A stretch of 64,000 bases of DNA from a virus (taxonomy: Duplodnaviria > Caudoviricetes). The notes under the pieces were generated by a model, which did no database searches, had not been told where the DNA came from, and worked only from the letters and a program-made list of their open reading frames with translations. Both the position numbers and the translations under genes were made by a program. Below, piece by piece: positions 40,346 to 50,572 of the stretch; the stretch's first letter is position 1; each line of letters opens with the position of its first letter. Where the stretch lies: positions 65,360 through 129,359 of IMG/VR virus record IMGVR_UViG_3300021426_000070; one strand, written 5' to 3'.

Positions 40346-42542
40346 ATTATCGTCTTGCCTTTCTTACCAACCTCAACCAACCATAGAAAAGGATGAGGCT
40401 GTACTCTTTCTTTCTCAACGAGAATCCCGCAACAGCCTTTCTTTGCAACTCTCTTTCATTTCAAAGTGAAATTTCTTAGCATACATATAGCAAGCGTCAC
40501 CACCTTCGCCGTAGCCTACTTCCTCTAAGATTAGGTCGTGGGTCTCGGGTGACACGATGACACCTTCGTCTGTTGTCGGGTGCTCTGCCATAAAATCCCA
40601 TATCTTATGCTTTAACGCCTTAAGATTATCCTCTACTTCCTTTTGCATCAGATTGTAGAGTTCATCAGAAATCTCTGGTAGATTCAAGCTTGCTTCATAG
40701 TGGTTATTCCAACTTGACAACTCATAGCGAGCAATCGAGTTTTCTTCTGAAGATGGTGTAAGCCCGTAGATATTCGGGATATCACCATTAAGACAATATC
40801 CTTTCGGCTCACCCCATACCGTAAGGTGTTTGTTTGTAAGTATCTGTTTCTTTGCCATAATTCACTCTGCTAATTCTCTTTTTAATAGTTCAACAATCTC
40901 AGCCTTACGCTTTTCCCACTTGATAGAATCACGCTCTGCACAAAACTTACAATTACCCTTGTGTGCCATTTTATCTGATATATTTGAGTAAACATACTCA
41001 CAACTATCATAAATAATATCCACATAGTTCATTGATGATTTTTCTACTTCACAACCATCCCAAAGACACCCCTCCATTATCACGGCTAAGAGTGCTAACA
41101 ATATCAGTTTCTTCATTTTTTTCTTCTTTTGTGAAACAATCTTCCATTATTATACATAGCGTACACCCAAGTCTCGAGACAATCCCTTTCACTTTCCGTT
41201 AGGTCTTCCTCGTCTATCTTATAGCCCCCTCTGAATAGATTCCAATCTCTTCCGTTAGGGTAAACAGAGACAACCATCCACGTAGTTTCCTTCCCTATGC
41301 TATTTAGAATCTTCTCAACCGTTTTAGCGGGCTTATACACTTCATTGTCGTGCTCTTCAAGAAATTCAAAGAACGCTTCACGCACGGCTTCCATCGTGTA
41401 GTTCGGCTTACTGAGCTTTGCGCCCGTCACCATATCGAGCATGGCGCAGTAGTCACTTTCTAACCTATCATAGTCCTTGACCTTGTAAATTATTTCTTTA
41501 ATTTTGCTAAGTATGTTCATTTCTCTTTCCTTTCTTTTAAATAGCGTTTCAATATCTCGCCATAATAATCTTCTCCTTTTGGGTAGGTTTCTATAACTAA
41601 TTCTTTCTGGCTATTACACTCACGAAGAATATCATTTTCCGCATCAAGAATAATTCTTATATCTTTCAAAGTTAGCTCAAGGTCTTTCTCCGCTTGATGG
41701 TAGCCTTGTATAATTGAATTACGTGCCAAATCATATAACACACCTTTCCTATCTTTGGGATATTTACTATATGCAAATTCTTCTGCCTTACTCATTTCTT
41801 TTTCTGTAAAAATCGTCTTAATACTTCCGAATAATAGCCAATCGTTTCAGACTTAATATCAGTTTGGCAAAGTTCTATTTCAGTGTCAACTTCTGCAAAG
41901 ATGATATATAATTCCCACATATCTTCCCATGTCAGAAAATCTTGCTCTGCTTGATGGTAGCCTTCAATAAACCCTTCACGTTTCATCATGTTATCATAAA
42001 GACCATCCTTCGGGTATCTTTTAAATGCCACTTCCTCTGCCTTGCTCATAATTAATCTTTATTTGGGTCATAATTAAACATCTTGCATACCTCATCCTTG
42101 TTGGTATCGGCATATTTATAAATCCACCTTACCTTTTCAAGAACTACATTATTAGAGTCCACTTTATTTATGTGGTCATAGAACAAGCTTTTGAAAATGC
42201 AGTTGTCTGCCTCGTGGATAATCTTATCCTTTTCGGAAAGCTTTTCTTTTAGTCTTTCCGTATAGATATAGTTTATATCCGTTATGTCAATCTTGTCAAT
42301 AAACATCATGTCCGATATTAGGTAGCACAATGTTTTCTTGTCAAGACCTTCTAGCTTTTCTCTGAGTGTACTATATTCTTCCGCCTTACTCATAATCCTA
42401 TAATAAATCTTTGCGCCTTTATCACGTCTCCAATATCCTCAAATAGTATGTCATACGCAAGTCTTTCCGCTTCTTGCTCACTGCAGCTTGCATATACTTT
42501 TAATATTCTCTCAAAAGTTACTTTCTTTCTTTTCATTCATAT

Positions 42543-42707
42543 TCAATCTATTATGAGTCCTTCCTCGTCAATATACGCATCTAACGCTTTGTCGCAGTAG
42601 TTACCCTCACAGCCGCCTATACGTGGCTTGTTGACCTCGTTGTTAGTCCATGGGCAATATTGGCACAAGTCCTCACCGAGATAATCTTTTAACTGTTCTC
42701 TTGTCAT
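42543..42707 (-). CDS. 54-aa CxYCPW...GGCxGxYC mini-protein, copy 1
   Basis: Manual translation; tandem paralog adjacent. Confidence 0.7.
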   Translation of the reverse strand: MTREQLKDYLGEDLCQYCPWTNNEVNKPRIGGCEGNYCDKALDAYIDEEGLIID

Positions 42708-42718
42708 ATTCAGCCTCC

Positions 42719-42874
42719 TCATATCAGACCTTCTTCAACATACGCTTCTAATAGTTTGCTGCAATAAACACCATCACAGCCGCCTATATGTAGTTTGTCA
42801 ACCTCATATTTAATCCACGGACAGTACGGACACAAGCCCTCACTGAGATAGTTTACTTTCACTTCTTTTGCCAT
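42719..42874 (-). CDS. 51-aa CxYCPW...GGCxGxYC mini-protein, copy 2
   Basis: Manual translation; tandem paralog adjacent. Confidence 0.7.
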   Translation of the reverse strand: MAKEVKVNYLSEGLCPYCPWIKYEVDKLHIGGCDGVYCSKLLEAYVEEGLI

Positions 42875-43026
42875 ATTCCGCCTCCCTCAATATACGTTTC
42901 AAATTCCGCTTCCCTATATTTTTTTAGTTCTCTTAACCAATCTGCAAGTTGCTTATGCTCTGCAGCACATTCTGAATTGCCACATGACTTTTCATCACAA
43001 TGGGCAATAGCTTCATCTAACGTCAT
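42859..43026 (-). CDS. Small phage protein MTLDEAIAHC...CAAEHKQLADWLRELK
   Basis: Manual translation; pattern familiar from other phage minis. Confidence 0.7.
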   Translation of the reverse strand: MTLDEAIAHCDEKSCGNSECAAEHKQLADWLRELKKYREAEFETYIEGGGIWQKK

Positions 43027-44446
43027 CATATCTATCTTATTTATAAAACCTTATTCTTTCTCTCAATCTTTTTGATTATCAACCTCAGCCTACGGGCTGC
43101 ATTATACTCTCTGTTTGTCGGACTCTTGCTCTGCACAAGGCATACGCACTTCTCAGCAAGCTCTAACAAAGCCTTATAGTCCGTTTTGCCAATCTCTATC
43201 TGCATCCTTCCAAAATCTGATTTAACAAGTTTCGATAGCCCTCGTCAGTCTTCACCCGTTTTACAGCACTTGCATATATTCGGGATATTGCCGTCCCTTG
43301 TTTTTTCAGTATCAAGGACAGCAAAAAACGTGACCTATGCGGCATCATACCACAGCACGATGACTGAAACACCAAGACAAACAGATAGACGAAAGACTCT
43401 GTACGCATCCTTTGGAGCGAGTTCTTTTTCTTTTCGCCATAGACAAGGCTATCGCATTGAATCCTCAGTTCGTTAGCCAAATCCAAGTCAATCTCTTTGC
43501 GCACATCGTCAAGCTGCTTTTTAAGAGCATTAATATCTTTCTGCTTGTCTGCGATAGCGTCCGTTATTCTAAAATAATCCTCTATCCTCATATTTATAAA
43601 TAGTAATTATCAAACCTCTACAAACACCACGTGCCGCCCGTCTTTCCTCGTGTGCTTAGTACACATGTTTCCATGGGTACAGCATGACAGACGTGGAAGA
43701 CCTCTTTTGTCACGCTCGTAGTCAGAGAAATAACACCCAGAGCACTCTGCCTTGTCAAATATTGAGGGCACTACTTTCAGCTTCACACCCTCGTATGTTA
43801 TCATACCACCAATCTCTGTATAAGTCATCTTCACCTCACACATCTTTCTTATCTTTAAAAGGACAATGCTTACAACGCTCTGTGCGCTTTTCTTTGCACA
43901 CAAACGTATCATCTATCTCAACGGATATTATCTCGTCACCACGCACCTTATAATTAAAGGTACGCTCTAAATCCCCTCTCTCAGTGGTAAGTGGGCAAAT
44001 CATACGCCCTTGCCTTGTCTGCAGACAGAAACACTTTATTGCACCCATAGCTATTTCTCTTTTATAATACGTTTAAGCTCACTAACCAAATCTTGTTTGG
44101 TACACTGATACAAAGACCCTTTAAGATGCGGCTTGAAAGCCACAATAAGACCAACCAAATCAGCCTTCGTCAACCTAAATAAATGTTCGTAATCCATATT
44201 TATTTATTATAAAACTCAAACATATACCCCTTGCAGATACCATCTTTCTCTTGAAACACACATGCCTCTTTACCAACAAAAGGGTATTTCTCACGAAGCT
44301 TTGCCTCAATCCTATCGCCGTTGGCTCTCAGCTCTTCAATCGAAGAAAAACCACCGACTTGAGCACATGCCCATCCATGACCAATGCTAGGTAGCCTTGT
44401 TATCTTAATCAGATACATTCTGTTTGTTGTCTTACTCATTGTCTTT

Positions 44447-44578
44447 GACAGTTTTACGAGTGCCTCTCGTTTTATATCGTTTTACTTTTCTTCTAAGAAA
44501 ACCACCTATATCTTCACAGACGATGGTGGTTGCAAACATTTTTAAATATTAATTATTGCATATGGTATTGCAAAGGTA
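44447..44578 (-). promoter_or_regulatory. Regulatory cassette: promoter (44571-44578), GTGA hairpin (44500-44531), pseudoknot-like leader (44447-44470)
   Basis: Hairpin nearly identical to 5187-5217. Confidence 0.7.
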
Positions 44579-44744
44579 ATCATTTATAATTTAATAAACA
44601 AGCGTTTAACGAATTTTAAAACAGACTTTAACATTTGTTTATATTTACGCTTGACATACCTATCCAACATCACCCTAATCTCTTTTTGCCCCATGCCTTT
44701 AAGCACGAGGTCGTAGAGTGTTGCCATATCGTTTGATGTGAGTA

Positions 44745-45146
44745 TCATACACAAGGCTCTGCAATCTCTTCAACGGTCTTTCGCATAAGATAGCCCATCG
44801 TCCAAGCTCCATCTTCCGTGTCGGCTTCCACATCATAGTACTTGCATATCGCTTGCTGCACATGATAGAGCTCATGGATAACGGTGTCCCAAAACTGCTC
44901 TTTGTTGGTCGCATTGCCTATAAAGACAAAGGACATCTGCAGTCTGTCATTTGACACGCAAAACCCCGTGTTCTTTTCGTTAAGTAGGATTTCCACCGCA
45001 TCGTCAATGGATTTCCCTCTCATACCAAGCGATATCATCATCGAGCGCATCTCGTATTCATCGAGCCGCCCGAAGTCGTAGCTTATCACCACGCCCCAAC
45101 AACCCCGAACATCAATATAGCCGTTCTTCATATCATACGCTCCCAA
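44745..45146 (-). CDS. HExxH zincin-like metallopeptidase
   Basis: DTVIHELYHV followed by downstream E (TEDGAW). Confidence 0.65.
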   Translation of the reverse strand: MGAYDMKNGYIDVRGCWGVVISYDFGRLDEYEMRSMMISLGMRGKSIDDAVEILLNEKNTGFCVSNDRLQMSFVFIGNATNKEQFWDTVIHELYHVQQAICKYYDVEADTEDGAWTMGYLMRKTVEEIAEPCV

Positions 45147-45523
45147 AATATCGGTATTCCCGCATTACACATCTTTGCCTCGAAGCAAGCGAGGACATCA
45201 CCACTCTCTCCGTCTGGGTCGTTGAGCGTTTCCTTGACGTACATTGACCTTGCAGCATCAGTAGGCAGCGACTCCTTGTAGTCGGCACGTGCCATATTGA
45301 AGAGATACCAAGCGGTGTATCTGTATTCCTCGGGCAGCTTAACGCCGTTGGTCTTCAATATATCATACACATCATCTGAGGATATGGGGATAAGCCTTTC
45401 CAAGCTACCCGCTCCCTTGTCAACCCTCATCATGCTTATCGCCCACTCAGCGAGCCGTTTGCTGAATAACCCATGATAGTAATCATAGTACAAGGTCTTC
45501 TCTTCCGAAATATAATGTCTCAT
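45128..45523 (-). CDS. Hypothetical helical protein of the CCC operon
   Basis: YHGLFSKRLAEWAISMM...NMARADY...DPDG...IFWE. Confidence 0.75.
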   Translation of the reverse strand: MRHYISEEKTLYYDYYHGLFSKRLAEWAISMMRVDKGAGSLERLIPISSDDVYDILKTNGVKLPEEYRYTAWYLFNMARADYKESLPTDAARSMYVKETLNDPDGESGDVLACFEAKMCNAGIPIFWERMI

Positions 45524-45584
45524 AGTCTTTTCGTTTTAGTTGTTAATAAAAAAATCGAGAGAGCCGAAGCCCCCTCGACCAATG

Positions 45585-45812
45585 TTATACGTACCTACCC
45601 ATAGAGTCACGTCCACGTCTCATGTGCTCGTCACTTTCGTCCCAAGCTCCATCTTTATAGCCGTGTTCATAGCCCTCTTTGTAGGCTTCGTCCGAGTGGT
45701 AGCTGCCACCACGGTAGTTCATCACTCCGCCACGATAATTGCGGCGCATCTGTTCTCTCATACTTGAGCGCATTTGCTCTTTGTTATCATCATTGATTAC
45801 AATAAATGGCAT
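45585..45812 (-). CDS. Low-complexity R/G/Y/E-rich protein (likely start 45812)
   Basis: NYRGG twice, AYKEGYEHGYKDG, RRGRDSMGRYV. Confidence 0.75.
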   Translation of the reverse strand: MPFIVINDDNKEQMRSSMREQMRRNYRGGVMNYRGGSYHSDEAYKEGYEHGYKDGAWDESDEHMRRGRDSMGRYV

Positions 45813-45825
45813 AGTCGTAATGTTT

Positions 45826-46365
45826 TTAGTTCTGTTTCTTTGAAGGAGCGGTAAGCTCACGCATAAAGGATAGTATCTCATCAAGCTTAGAGTCCGTTTC
45901 CTTACGATGGTTCACGAGCTCTTTAATCGTCCTATCACGCTCTTTGTCGGCGGCATAGGTAGGATTAAGCGTCTCTAGCATTTTCTCGCCCTCAGAGAGC
46001 ACGAGATTATGATAAGGCACTTGCTCGATGGCTTTCTTAGAGGTCTGTATCATTCCGTCCACTGCTTGCAGCATGGCTTCACGGCTACAGCTCACGAAAG
46101 TAGAGCCGTTGTTATACGATGACGACTCGGCATTAAGCGGCAGATTACTGAAAGGAACATCTGCCCCACCGATGGTAGCCACAATATCCACTACAAGGCT
46201 CTGCCCCTGCATTGTTGCCAACCCGTTGAAGATAGACGGCTGATTAGTCTGATAAGGCGATTTTGGCTCGCCCTTTGACTTTACGACACCTATCTGAAGA
46301 CTAGGCTTCTCACTCTTCTGTAATACGTAGAACGGCTGACCCGCTCCCAAAGTTCCAAAATCCAT
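45826..46365 (-). CDS. Hypothetical protein (beta N-terminus, coiled-coil C-terminus)
   Basis: ORF track; in operon. Confidence 0.75.
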   Translation of the reverse strand: MDFGTLGAGQPFYVLQKSEKPSLQIGVVKSKGEPKSPYQTNQPSIFNGLATMQGQSLVVDIVATIGGADVPFSNLPLNAESSSYNNGSTFVSCSREAMLQAVDGMIQTSKKAIEQVPYHNLVLSEGEKMLETLNPTYAADKERDRTIKELVNHRKETDSKLDEILSFMRELTAPSKKQN

Positions 46366-46384
46366 TGTTTTCTACTTTTTTTGA

Positions 46385-46720
46385 TTAAACGATTGTTCTT
46401 GACACCAACTGAAGAATACCATCGAAACGATTATTGAACACTAGGAACACACCCGTACCACCGATGAGGTCTGCAGCCGTAACTGCAGTGCCGTCAAAGA
46501 GTGTCAGCGACCTTGTAGTACCATTCAAGGTAATGGTGATAGGAAGTGTTGTCGTTGTGCCCGTAGGTATAGCATCAGAGAGCTTTACCGTGAAATAGCC
46601 GATAGGCTGTATTCGTCTGAACCCAAGGGCAATGTCAACCGCATCTGTGCCAACCGTGATATTCGTTGATGGAAGATAGGCGATACCACCCGCATTAGTA
46701 GTAATGTTATTCACACACAT
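46385..46720 (-). CDS. Small Thr-rich beta-strand protein
   Basis: ORF track; in operon. Confidence 0.75.
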   Translation of the reverse strand: MCVNNITTNAGGIAYLPSTNITVGTDAVDIALGFRRIQPIGYFTVKLSDAIPTGTTTTLPITITLNGTTRSLTLFDGTAVTAADLIGGTGVFLVFNNRFDGILQLVSRTIV

Positions 46721-46741
46721 ACTTTACCTCCTTTCGCCCTA

Positions 46742-47710
46742 TCAGAACACGATGTTTCCACCGAATCCGTTGCCATAGTAGCCATTAAAGCCGCCCATAT
46801 AAGGGGTAGTGTTTACCACTGCAACTTGTGGATATTCTACATTAATGGTATTCGGCAGCTTCCCCTTGATGTCCTCAACCTCTTTTGCGACACTTGCAAT
46901 CTGTCCGAGGATAGGAGCAACAGCCTGCTGAACGACACCCGTTGTGAAGTTCTGACTCTTCAACGCTGCTACCTCTGATGTGAGGGTCGCAATCTCTCTG
47001 TCCTTTCTACTTGACTCGAGCGCATCAATCTTGTTATCAAGAGCAAGATAATTGCGGTTCATAGTGTCGTTAAGCGAATAAGTTTGCTGGCACATAGCCA
47101 ATTGGTCTGCAGCACTCTTTGTAGCGATGGACTGATTAACGCTGTTGAAACCCTGCTGATTTGCAAAGGCGTTAGCTGTTATGCCCTGCTGTAAGGTGTT
47201 TGTCTGCTGGCACATAGCAAGTTGGTTCTGACAGCAACAATTTTGGAACTGAGCTGCCAAAGAAGCGTTTCCGCTCTGAATAGCATTGATTACTTGCAGA
47301 GCGTTCATGCCTTGATTAGCTCCGATGGTGTTCAACGCACTCTGAATACCTTGTATCTGCGAATTTACAAGGTTAAAGTCCTGACCTAACATAGAGCTAA
47401 GTGTCTGAACGGCTGTTCGCTGTGCCTCGCCCTGTGATGTGATAGCGTTCATGATAAGCTCACGTCCGCTGTCATTTGATAACTGATTACTGAGGAAGCT
47501 AGCTCCGTTGTTTCCGCCATTACCGAACAAGCCGTTGCCGTTGCCGCCCCAACCGAAGATAGAGGCTACGATAGCAAGACCGATAAGCTCTCCGATGGTG
47601 TTACCACCGTTGCCGAAGAGACCATTACCATTGTTACCGATGGGAATGCTGAGAGGAATACCTCCTACGTTTCCGTTTGCCGAATCGGGCAATTGATAGA
47701 TTTCTGCCAT
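46742..47710 (-). CDS. Gly/Asn-rich membrane-segment plus Q/N coiled-coil protein with CCC motif
   Basis: GNGLFGNGG twice, LIGLAIVASIFGWGG, QNCCCQ, QLAMCQQT twice; promoter at 47769-47776. Confidence 0.8.
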   Translation of the reverse strand: MAEIYQLPDSANGNVGGIPLSIPIGNNGNGLFGNGGNTIGELIGLAIVASIFGWGGNGNGLFGNGGNNGASFLSNQLSNDSGRELIMNAITSQGEAQRTAVQTLSSMLGQDFNLVNSQIQGIQSALNTIGANQGMNALQVINAIQSGNASLAAQFQNCCCQNQLAMCQQTNTLQQGITANAFANQQGFNSVNQSIATKSAADQLAMCQQTYSLNDTMNRNYLALDNKIDALESSRKDREIATLTSEVAALKSQNFTTGVVQQAVAPILGQIASVAKEVEDIKGKLPNTINVEYPQVAVVNTTPYMGGFNGYYGNGFGGNIVF

Positions 47711-47936
47711 AGATAAATCTTTTTTTTGGTGAATACTTATGTTTACTTGTCCTTGCGCTTAGACAATGCAAAGTTATGAAGTATTCAACCTCGTTGGTCG
47801 GGTTATGCCCCTATCTGCAACGACACACTACGGCATATATTAACGCCCTATAATACGGCTTTCCCAAACAGAAAAACCCCGTTTTATTGACTTAAAGCCC
47901 CCTTTTCAGTTTCTTCCTATGTCGTTCCGTTTAACA

Positions 47937-48037
47937 CAAAAAAAAGATAGCCTACTTTCACAAGCAAGCTACTTCGGAAAATCTTATAAAAATAAGTGTT
48001 TAATAGAACAATTTTTTCTGTTGTTTGTGCAAAGTTA
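47937..48037 (-). ncRNA. Putative ~90-nt small RNA (promoter 48030-48037 to GTGA hairpin terminator 47948-47971)
   Basis: Promoter, no ORF, hairpin and U-tract. Confidence 0.45.
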
Positions 48038-48137
48038 TAAAAATATTTAATTTATATAATATATATGGCTATTTTCTTGCAAAATATTAAGTTTTTTTTG
48101 TATCTTTGCTATGTTTAATAGAATAAAAATAATAATT

Positions 48138-49127
48138 ATGGCAAAAAATTTTAATTACCTTATAGGTAAAAAGTATGGTAAACTTACTGTTGTTGGTTAC
48201 GAAAAAGGCAAGGGATGTAAATGTAGGTGCGATTGCGGAAAAATTTATTTTTCCATTCCATACTACCTTATAAACGGTAGGGTTTCTTCTTGTGGCTGTG
48301 CGCAATACGAACATAACAAACTAACAACACACCCATCAAGAGAACATTCTGTTTCACATTCTGATATTATAAACAAAACATTTGGTCATCTTAAAGTTAT
48401 AGAATCAGTCGGATTTATTAAAGGGCACGAACACTTTAAATGTTTATGCGATTGTGGAAAAGAAAAGATTGTAGATTATTATAAATTAACCTCTGGTCAT
48501 ACTTCTTCATGTGGTTCATACATTCATAAAAGAAAAATAGATATTACGGGGAAAAGATTTGGTAGATTAGTTGCTATTCGCCCCGTCCATATAAAAGGCA
48601 GTAAAGAAGCTATGTGGGAGTTTAAATGTGATTGCGGAAATATTAAACTTATACCTGCTCGAAACGTTCTTGTTAATGGTACTAAATCGTGTGGATGCTT
48701 AAAAGCAGAGAGAAACAAAAGAAAAGAATCCAAAACACGCTTACATAGCATATGGGCAAATATGAAAGGACGTTGCTATAATAAAAAACTTAAAGAATAT
48801 AAGAATTATGGTGGTCGTGGTATAAAAATATGTGAAGAATGGAACGAATACAAGAATTTTAAAGAATGGGCACTAAATAATGGTTACAAAGAAAATCTTA
48901 CTATTGAAAGAATTGATGTTAATGGAAATTATTGCCCCGAAAATTGCAAATGGATTACATTAGCTGAACAATGCTTAAACAAACGTAATACATTACATTA
49001 TTTGTATAAAGGAAGGATTATTACTCTTGCAGAATTAGCCAAAACAACGAATTTGAGCTATGATAGCATTCATCATCATTATCATAGAAACGACCTAGAA
49101 AAATGGTTAAGAGATAGGGGACTTTAA
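48138..49127 (+). CDS. Free-standing homing endonuclease-like protein with three CxCDCG repeats
   Basis: G.L.V...CxCDCG...SCG three times; WANMKGRC...YGGRGI...TIERIDVNGNYCPENCKW; AT-rich; opposite strand. Confidence 0.85.
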   Translation: MAKNFNYLIGKKYGKLTVVGYEKGKGCKCRCDCGKIYFSIPYYLINGRVSSCGCAQYEHNKLTTHPSREHSVSHSDIINKTFGHLKVIESVGFIKGHEHFKCLCDCGKEKIVDYYKLTSGHTSSCGSYIHKRKIDITGKRFGRLVAIRPVHIKGSKEAMWEFKCDCGNIKLIPARNVLVNGTKSCGCLKAERNKRKESKTRLHSIWANMKGRCYNKKLKEYKNYGGRGIKICEEWNEYKNFKEWALNNGYKENLTIERIDVNGNYCPENCKWITLAEQCLNKRNTLHYLYKGRIITLAELAKTTNLSYDSIHHHYHRNDLEKWLRDRGL

Positions 49128-49130
49128 CCC

Positions 49131-49586
49131 CTACCTCTTTCTATGAAAATATATAAATAACGATATCACACAAAGTACAAAGAAAAATGGGAACACCTTA
49201 CCTAAATACAAAAATGTTCTATCTTTAAAACTTAACTTCTTCTCAATCGGTATAGGAACACGGATGGAGTCAACCCTCTCCGACAGCAACGTATCGTGGA
49301 CTAGCTTGTACTTGTATTGCGTATGCCATTTTGTCGTTTCCACATAAAGGGTATCGCCATAGGCATACTTCTCCACAAGAACAGAGTCATGCTTATAGAT
49401 GGAGTCGTACTCTACCTTTGTGATATACACCGAGTCATGGTGATATTCGGGTACGGGCACATACTGAACGCTCTTACAGCCCGTGAACAGCAGCGCAGCC
49501 GTCAGCAGCACTACGCTGACAAAACTAAGAGCAAACAGCCTCATGCTGCCACCGCTCCGTGATAGTTTTCTCTCATAGTAATCCAT
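49131..49586 (-). CDS. Probable unimolecular spanin
   Basis: Lipobox LFTGC, beta-rich DS/DT repeats, C-terminal hydrophobic helix; downstream of lysin. Confidence 0.7.
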   Translation of the reverse strand: MDYYERKLSRSGGSMRLFALSFVSVVLLTAALLFTGCKSVQYVPVPEYHHDSVYITKVEYDSIYKHDSVLVEKYAYGDTLYVETTKWHTQYKYKLVHDTLLSERVDSIRVPIPIEKKLSFKDRTFLYLGKVFPFFFVLCVISLFIYFHRKR

Positions 49587-49672
49587 ATCATAGTAAAATT
49601 AAAACAACAATCAGTCCGTATAACATCATCTGAGTACCGCAGCCACAGTACTTTACCTCTTCCTCAATCTTA

Positions 49673-50572
49673 TCAATATCTTCTTGTGTCATAGCTTACG
49701 TATTTTATAAAACCATTTTCTATCTCTATTTTTTCTCCATTACATTTTAAAATTTCTATTTTTATTTTTGATATTTTTTTATTCTGCTTCACCTTACCAT
49801 TTACTAACCTTCTTAAACTGTCTTGACTAATATTTATTTTTTCACAGAAAGACTTCAATCTATTTTCCTCTATAACATATCCCTCTTTATATATTGCTTT
49901 AAATAAACATTGACAACGTTTTATAATTCTTTTTTGATACACATCTTTTTTATATCTAAAATGCAACCCTCTTGCATTAGTTATTCTATTTTCACAACAC
50001 TGATAAACTAACGAACGGGAAATATGATTCTTTATTGCTGCATCTTTTAATGTTTCATAACTTTCTATTATCTCACCTTCATATGTGTATAACACAACAG
50101 GAGAATTATAATTATTCTCTATTCTTTTTAATCTTATCCTTTTTTTTCTTGTTCCATAATTAGAATTATATTTAGGCGTACACCATTCTAAATTAGACAC
50201 ACAATTATTAACAGTGTTCTCATCTCTATGATTTATAAAAGGATAATTATTAGGATTTAGAATAAATGCTTCTGCAACTAGACGATGTATCACAAAACCT
50301 ACTTTCTTGTTGCCACCAACACATATTGATAGAATATAATATCCATTTCCCGATTTATTGCATCGATATATTTTTGCCCCATATTTACAATCTGTTTTCA
50401 GTCGCTTATTATAAGACAAATGTTCTTTTCTTTTTAATCGACCATAATTACTTATTGAGAGTATTTTCTCATACCCCCTTACATCACGCCATTCCTCGCC
50501 TTCAATATTATCTAGCGATAACCATCGCTCACTGTTTACAACTGGTAATTCCTCAAAACTAAGCATAGGCAT
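49673..50572 (-). CDS. NUMOD4-HNH-NUMOD1 homing endonuclease
   Basis: EEWRDVRGYE..ISNYGR, HRLVAEAF, INHRDE...NLEWCT..YN. Confidence 0.92.
   Translation of the reverse strand: MPMLSFEELPVVNSERWLSLDNIEGEEWRDVRGYEKILSISNYGRLKRKEHLSYNKRLKTDCKYGAKIYRCNKSGNGYYILSICVGGNKKVGFVIHRLVAEAFILNPNNYPFINHRDENTVNNCVSNLEWCTPKYNSNYGTRKKRIRLKRIENNYNSPVVLYTYEGEIIESYETLKDAAIKNHISRSLVYQCCENRITNARGLHFRYKKDVYQKRIIKRCQCLFKAIYKEGYVIEENRLKSFCEKINISQDSLRRLVNGKVKQNKKISKIKIEILKCNGEKIEIENGFIKYVSYDTRRY

Larger units (their letters stand above)
40415..44439 (-). other. Array 2 of small hypothetical ORFs (three MSKAEE genes, Cys-rich minis)
   Basis: Tightly packed ORFs sharing families with array 1. Confidence 0.8.

Noticed and set aside
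49588-50572. Group I intron carrying the HNH inside the lysin
   Set aside because: The lysin appears complete before the HNH and there is no room for intron core helices
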